Assembly: GCA_958009085.1 (NCBI GenBank) | Contig: OY253668.1 | Span: 620,001 to 684,000 of the forward strand | Length of the DNA: 64,000 bases | Direction of reading: 5' to 3' | Origin: Protoeuglena noctilucae | Taxonomy: Eukaryota | In this document: piece by piece, positions 59,936-64,000 of the stretch | Layout: each line of letters opens with the position of its first letter | Position numbering within the stretch: position 1 is the first letter of the stretch | The notes under the pieces: generated by a model | The model's database searches: none | Seen by the model: the letters and a program-made list of their open reading frames with translations, nothing else | What the model was told of the DNA's origin: nothing | Made by a program: the position numbers and the translations under genes

Positions 59936-62900
59936 ATGGGGGGTGACGAAAAGGAGCATAAGGAGGTGCGCGAGTGGGGTTTCCAGCTGGCTCGTGGTTG
60001 TGCGCCGTCGAGAGGCCCAAAGGAAGTCCAGCTGGTGGGCGGGGGTGCCGGGGGCCTCCATCCCCGATGTTTCAAAGCGCGTTCGGCAATGTAGATGCGC
60101 ATTGGCTTGATGCGCGATTCGTGATCGCACGAGGTATTGCCTTTGAGCCGGGCGAGCAGGCGTCCCGAGCGATGCCGGATGCGAGCCGCCCCAGCGCGAG
60201 TCGCTGGCAGGACGGCGAGAGATTATCGCTGCGACATCTTCATCTTGCCATGTGCTGCCCCCTTGGCTGTCAGGCCCGACAGCTGCGCCGTGGGCCCTGG
60301 CACGGGGCGCTTCACGCAGCCGCGTCCCATCCACCCTCCGCGCAGAAGAAGGAGAAGAAGGAGAAGGGCGAGAAGGAGAAGAAAGAGAAGAAGGAAAAGA
60401 AGGAGGAGAAAGACAAGGAAAAGAAGGAAAAGAAGGAGAAGAAGGCGAGCTGGATTGCGCGGCGGCCATGGGAGCCTTGGGGCCCCCAAGCAGGGGTGGC
60501 AGCGAGCGTGTGGCTCGCTGCCGTCGCCGCAGGAGAAGGATCGGGATCGGGGCGCGGATGGCCAGCCGAAGCCTTCCAAGGAGAAGTCCTCAGCGGGGGC
60601 GTCCTCGTCTGCACCTGCACCGGCAAAGCAGCCCTCGCAGCCCCGCAGGTGCCGCATCACGGCAGCTGGCCCATCGACGCGCCGGTGCTGCTTCGTGCGC
60701 GTTTGATGACGCATCTTTCCCCGTGCAGGCCAAAGGTCATTCCTAAGAAGGAGGAGGACTACATGGCGGCCATATCGAGCATGCTGGGGGACCCGTCGTC
60801 GGACGAGGACGGCGAGTCGTACTTCGGGGGACGCCGCGGGGGCGGCAAGCAGGAGGAGGGGTCGCTGACGGTGGAGATGAGTGCCAAGGAGAAGGCCAAG
60901 CTGCGGCGGAAGGAGCTGGAGGCGCAGGGGGCGATGGAGGCCGCGAAGAAGGCGGCGGTGATGGAGAGTGACGAGATGGTCTTCGACGTGTCGTACGAGC
61001 AGCCGCAGATGAGGCGAGTGCCCGCGTGTCAGCGCAGAGCAACCAGCTGCACTGCGTTGCGCTTGGGTTTGGCTCTGGGCGCGGAATCGTCGCTTGCGAT
61101 TTGAGAAGTGATTGCTGCATTTCCGAACTGCAGTGAGGACGCACTGGCCACGACGACGGATGTCAAGGTGCAGCGGCTGACGATCCGCGCCAAGGGGAAG
61201 CTTTTGTTGGAGAACACTTCGCTGACGATCGCGGCGGGCCGCAGGTGCGTTTGCATCTTCATCCGAATGGTGTGGAGCGACAGAATTTGCTGAAAGGGGA
61301 CGTGGGATATGCGTGGCAGTGTTGCGCACCGAACGCACTGTGCCCATCCCTGCTCATGGGTTTCTGCCGCAGGTACGGCCTCATGGGTCCGAACGGGAAG
61401 GGCAAGTCGACGCTGATGAAGATGCTGGCCAAGCGCCAGATCCCCGTGCCGGCCAACATCGGTGGGTGGCTGCGCTGCTGTCCCTGCTGTGTGCCAACCT
61501 GGCACCAGCTCTGCTGCACGCATCTGTCGCGATGGCCGGGTGGCGAGACAGACCGCACTGTGCGATGCTCCCCCGCAGACGTCATGATGGTGGAGCAGGA
61601 GGTGGTGGGTGATGACCGTACCGCCATCGAGGCCGTCATGCAGGCGGACCTGGAGCTGATGCAGCTCAAGGCCGAGGAGGAGGAGATTACCAAGTAAGAG
61701 TTGTAGATGACCATGGCGTCTGGGAGTCATCATTGACTAGCGTGGGCATGGGTGCAACGGAGCTACCTTGCGCGTCCCCATCCGCTCGCAGGCTCGTGTC
61801 GGACGCTTCGTTGGATGAGAAGGCCAAGCGGTACGCGGACGGGCGTCCCTTCGACGCGGACAAGGCCGGGGAGCGCCTGAACGAGATCTACGAGCAGATG
61901 CAGTTAATCGGGGCCGCGTCGGCGGAGGCGCGTGCGTCCAAGATCCTCGCTGGCCTCGGCTTCACCCCCGACATGCAGCGGCGCGCCACGCAGACCTTCT
62001 CGGGGGGCTGGCGCATGCGCATCTCCCTGGCCCGCGCGCTCTACATCACCCCGACCCTGCTGCTCCTGGACGAGCCGACCAACCACCTGGACCTGCGTGC
62101 CGCTCTGTGGCTCGAGGAGTACCTCTGCCGCTACAAGAAGACCCTCGTGGTCGTCTCACACAACCGGGACTTCCTCAACACTATCACGACCGGTGAGCGT
62201 GCCAGGGGCAGACCCACGCGGCTGTGTGACCCTGCCGCAGCACGCCGCTGCCAGCAGACCGCTGCCACCGCCACCCTTCATGCGTGTGAGGAAGCAATCC
62301 ATAGCCCGCGCCTCCCCGCAGACATCATCCACCTGCACGACCTCCAGCTGTACCAGTACAAGGGCAACTTTGAGCAGTTCGAGGAGATGTACGAGCAGCG
62401 GCGCAAGCAGGTCAACAAGGACTACGAGAAGTACACCAAGCAGGCGAGTGGGGGAATATGAGGAATGCACCAAGCAGGCGAGTTGGGAATTTGATAAGCA
62501 TATCATGCTGATTTGTCAGGATGCAAGCTCTGTTCCTGCCACCCGCCCTCCGGCCCACCCACGCACGCCCACCGTCCCCTTGTCTTCCTTGCAGCTCAAG
62601 GCGGCCAAGTCCGCGGGTGACAAGAACAAGGCGAAGGACCTGGAGGCGAAGGCGAAGAAGGACGCCCAGAAGAAGGGGAGCAAGAAGGGCGCGAGGCAGG
62701 GTATGGACGCAGCTGAGGACGTCGTGACCACCGCCCCCCGCAAGTGGCACGACTACACGGTCAGTTTTGCCTTCCCGGAGCCCACGGAGCTGCAGCCGCC
62801 GCTCATCCAGCTCACGGACGTGGACTTCAAGTACCCAGGTGAGACCCGGAATGGGGTTTGATTGCAGGGGTGGGCGAGAGGGGTGGAGGGTGGTCTGTTG

Positions 62901-63945
62901 GTGAGATGAGCACCGGGGATGATCATGCGTTGCTCAGGGCACAACATGGGGAAGGTGGAGAGTTGATGGGCACCTGACGGGAGTGCTATGGCTTGCTTGG
63001 TGCCACCGACACCCATTGAGCCAATTTGTCATCCCGGGGTTGCAGGCCGTGACGACTTTGGGCTGAACAACATCAACTTGGGGATCGACATGGGGAGCCG
63101 CGTGGCGGTGGTGGGGCCCAACGGAGGCGGCAAGTCCACCCTGATGAACCTGCTGGTGAGACGAGGCCTGGGGCATGCGGGATGTGTCATTCGTTGCCGA
63201 TGTTATTTGGTTGCAACGCGTCCTTGGTACTGTGCCTTATCTCCTCCGCCACCCTCGCGCAGTCGGGCGACTTGGAGCCCGTGTCTGGCTGGGGCAAGCG
63301 GGACCCGAAGCTGCGCATTGGCCGGTACAACCAGCACTTTGTGGACGCGCTGGTCATGGACGACACGCCCGTCTCGTATCTGATGAGCAAGTTCTCGGGG
63401 GAGGTGGAGGGCCTCAACATCGAGATGGTTCGGATGATGCTGGGGAGGTTCGGGCTGTCGGGGCACCACCACTTGCAGCCCATCCTGAAGCTGTCAGGTG
63501 AGGGAGGGGCGGTGTGCACTTGCAGCCACCTGCACTGGCAGCCCTTCGTAATGCCTCACCACCACAAACCATGCATCGGCAGCCCTGATACCTTATCAGC
63601 GTCACCGTTGCAAGCTCTCACGATGCTCTGTGACTGCAGCATCGCCGTTGCAAGCTCTCGCCTTTCTCCGCGACTTGCAGGTGGGCAGAAGGCCCGCGTG
63701 GTGTTCACGGCCATCTGCCTGTCCCGCCCACACATCCTGCTCCTGGACGAGCCGACCAACCACCTGGACATGGAGTCGATCGACGCGCTGGGCGAGGCAA
63801 TCGAGGAGTTCAGCGGGGGCGTGGTCATCATCTCCCACGACGCGCGACTCCTCAGCACCGTGTGCGCGGACGAGGAGCGGTCCGAGGTGTGGATCGTGGA
63901 GGACGGGAAGCTCAAGTTTTACAAGGGAACGTTCGAGGATTACCG
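59936..63945 (+). CDS. ABCF: ABC-F translation ATPase (ABCF1/plant ABCF4-like); 3' end lies beyond the window
   Basis: Two NBDs without TM segments: [28 protein letters not shown] and [29 protein letters not shown]. Charged N-terminus. GC donors at 60445, 61014 and 62444. Confidence 0.95.
60345..60444 (+). repeat. Near-pure purine (AAG/GAG)n coding repeat encoding a KKE tract in ABCF exon 2
   Basis: Encodes [33 protein letters not shown]. Confidence 0.9.
62419..62510 (+). repeat. Degenerate ~34-nt tandem triplication across an ABCF exon/intron boundary
   Basis: caccaagcaggcgagt occurs at 62434 and 62468. The units read [16 protein letters not shown] and EFDKHIML. Confidence 0.85.
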
Positions 63946-64000
63946 GTGAGGATGGCGACGACTGACGACTGCGGTGTGCGACAGGGGCTGAGTTGGTGCG

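Noticed and set aside
62419..62510. CRISPR-like repeat array
   Set aside because: The units are adjacent degenerate copies of an exon end with no spacers, in a eukaryotic gene with no cas genes.
2466..63680. Introner-like repeated intron family
   Set aside because: Apart from splice signals and one local echo at 3304/3542, the introns show no shared sequence by eye.

Overview
Eukaryotic nuclear DNA from a compact, very GC-rich, intron-rich genome. It is most consistent with a flagellated, plastid-bearing green alga: it carries IFT dynein, CFAP69, a plastid L1 with a transit peptide, and plant-type A_thal_3526 and AFR/SAP30 genes. The species cannot be determined from the sequence. Manual splicing gives about 20 genes: the DYNC2H1 3' part, TMEM186-like (with an in-frame TGA), A_thal_3526, a SpoU methylase, deoxyhypusine synthase, CFAP69, VPS9, TMEM184/LAZ1, a divergent cyclin, organellar EF-P, DTD1, HGH1, plastid RPL1, a CPA2 antiporter, SAP30/AFR, a Nudix hydrolase, two large low-complexity genes (one with PROSER3-like motifs), ELP1 and ABCF (3' truncated). 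Most notable: about one intron in ten uses a GC donor (mostly AG|GCGAG); a GC donor is tandemly duplicated in ABCF; TMEM186 has a single premature TGA but is otherwise intact; and translation-related genes are concentrated in divergent pairs. No rRNA, tRNA, CRISPR array or transposase was seen. Exon boundaries are hand-inferred from splice motifs and frame continuity, and family calls come from recalled motifs, not database searches.
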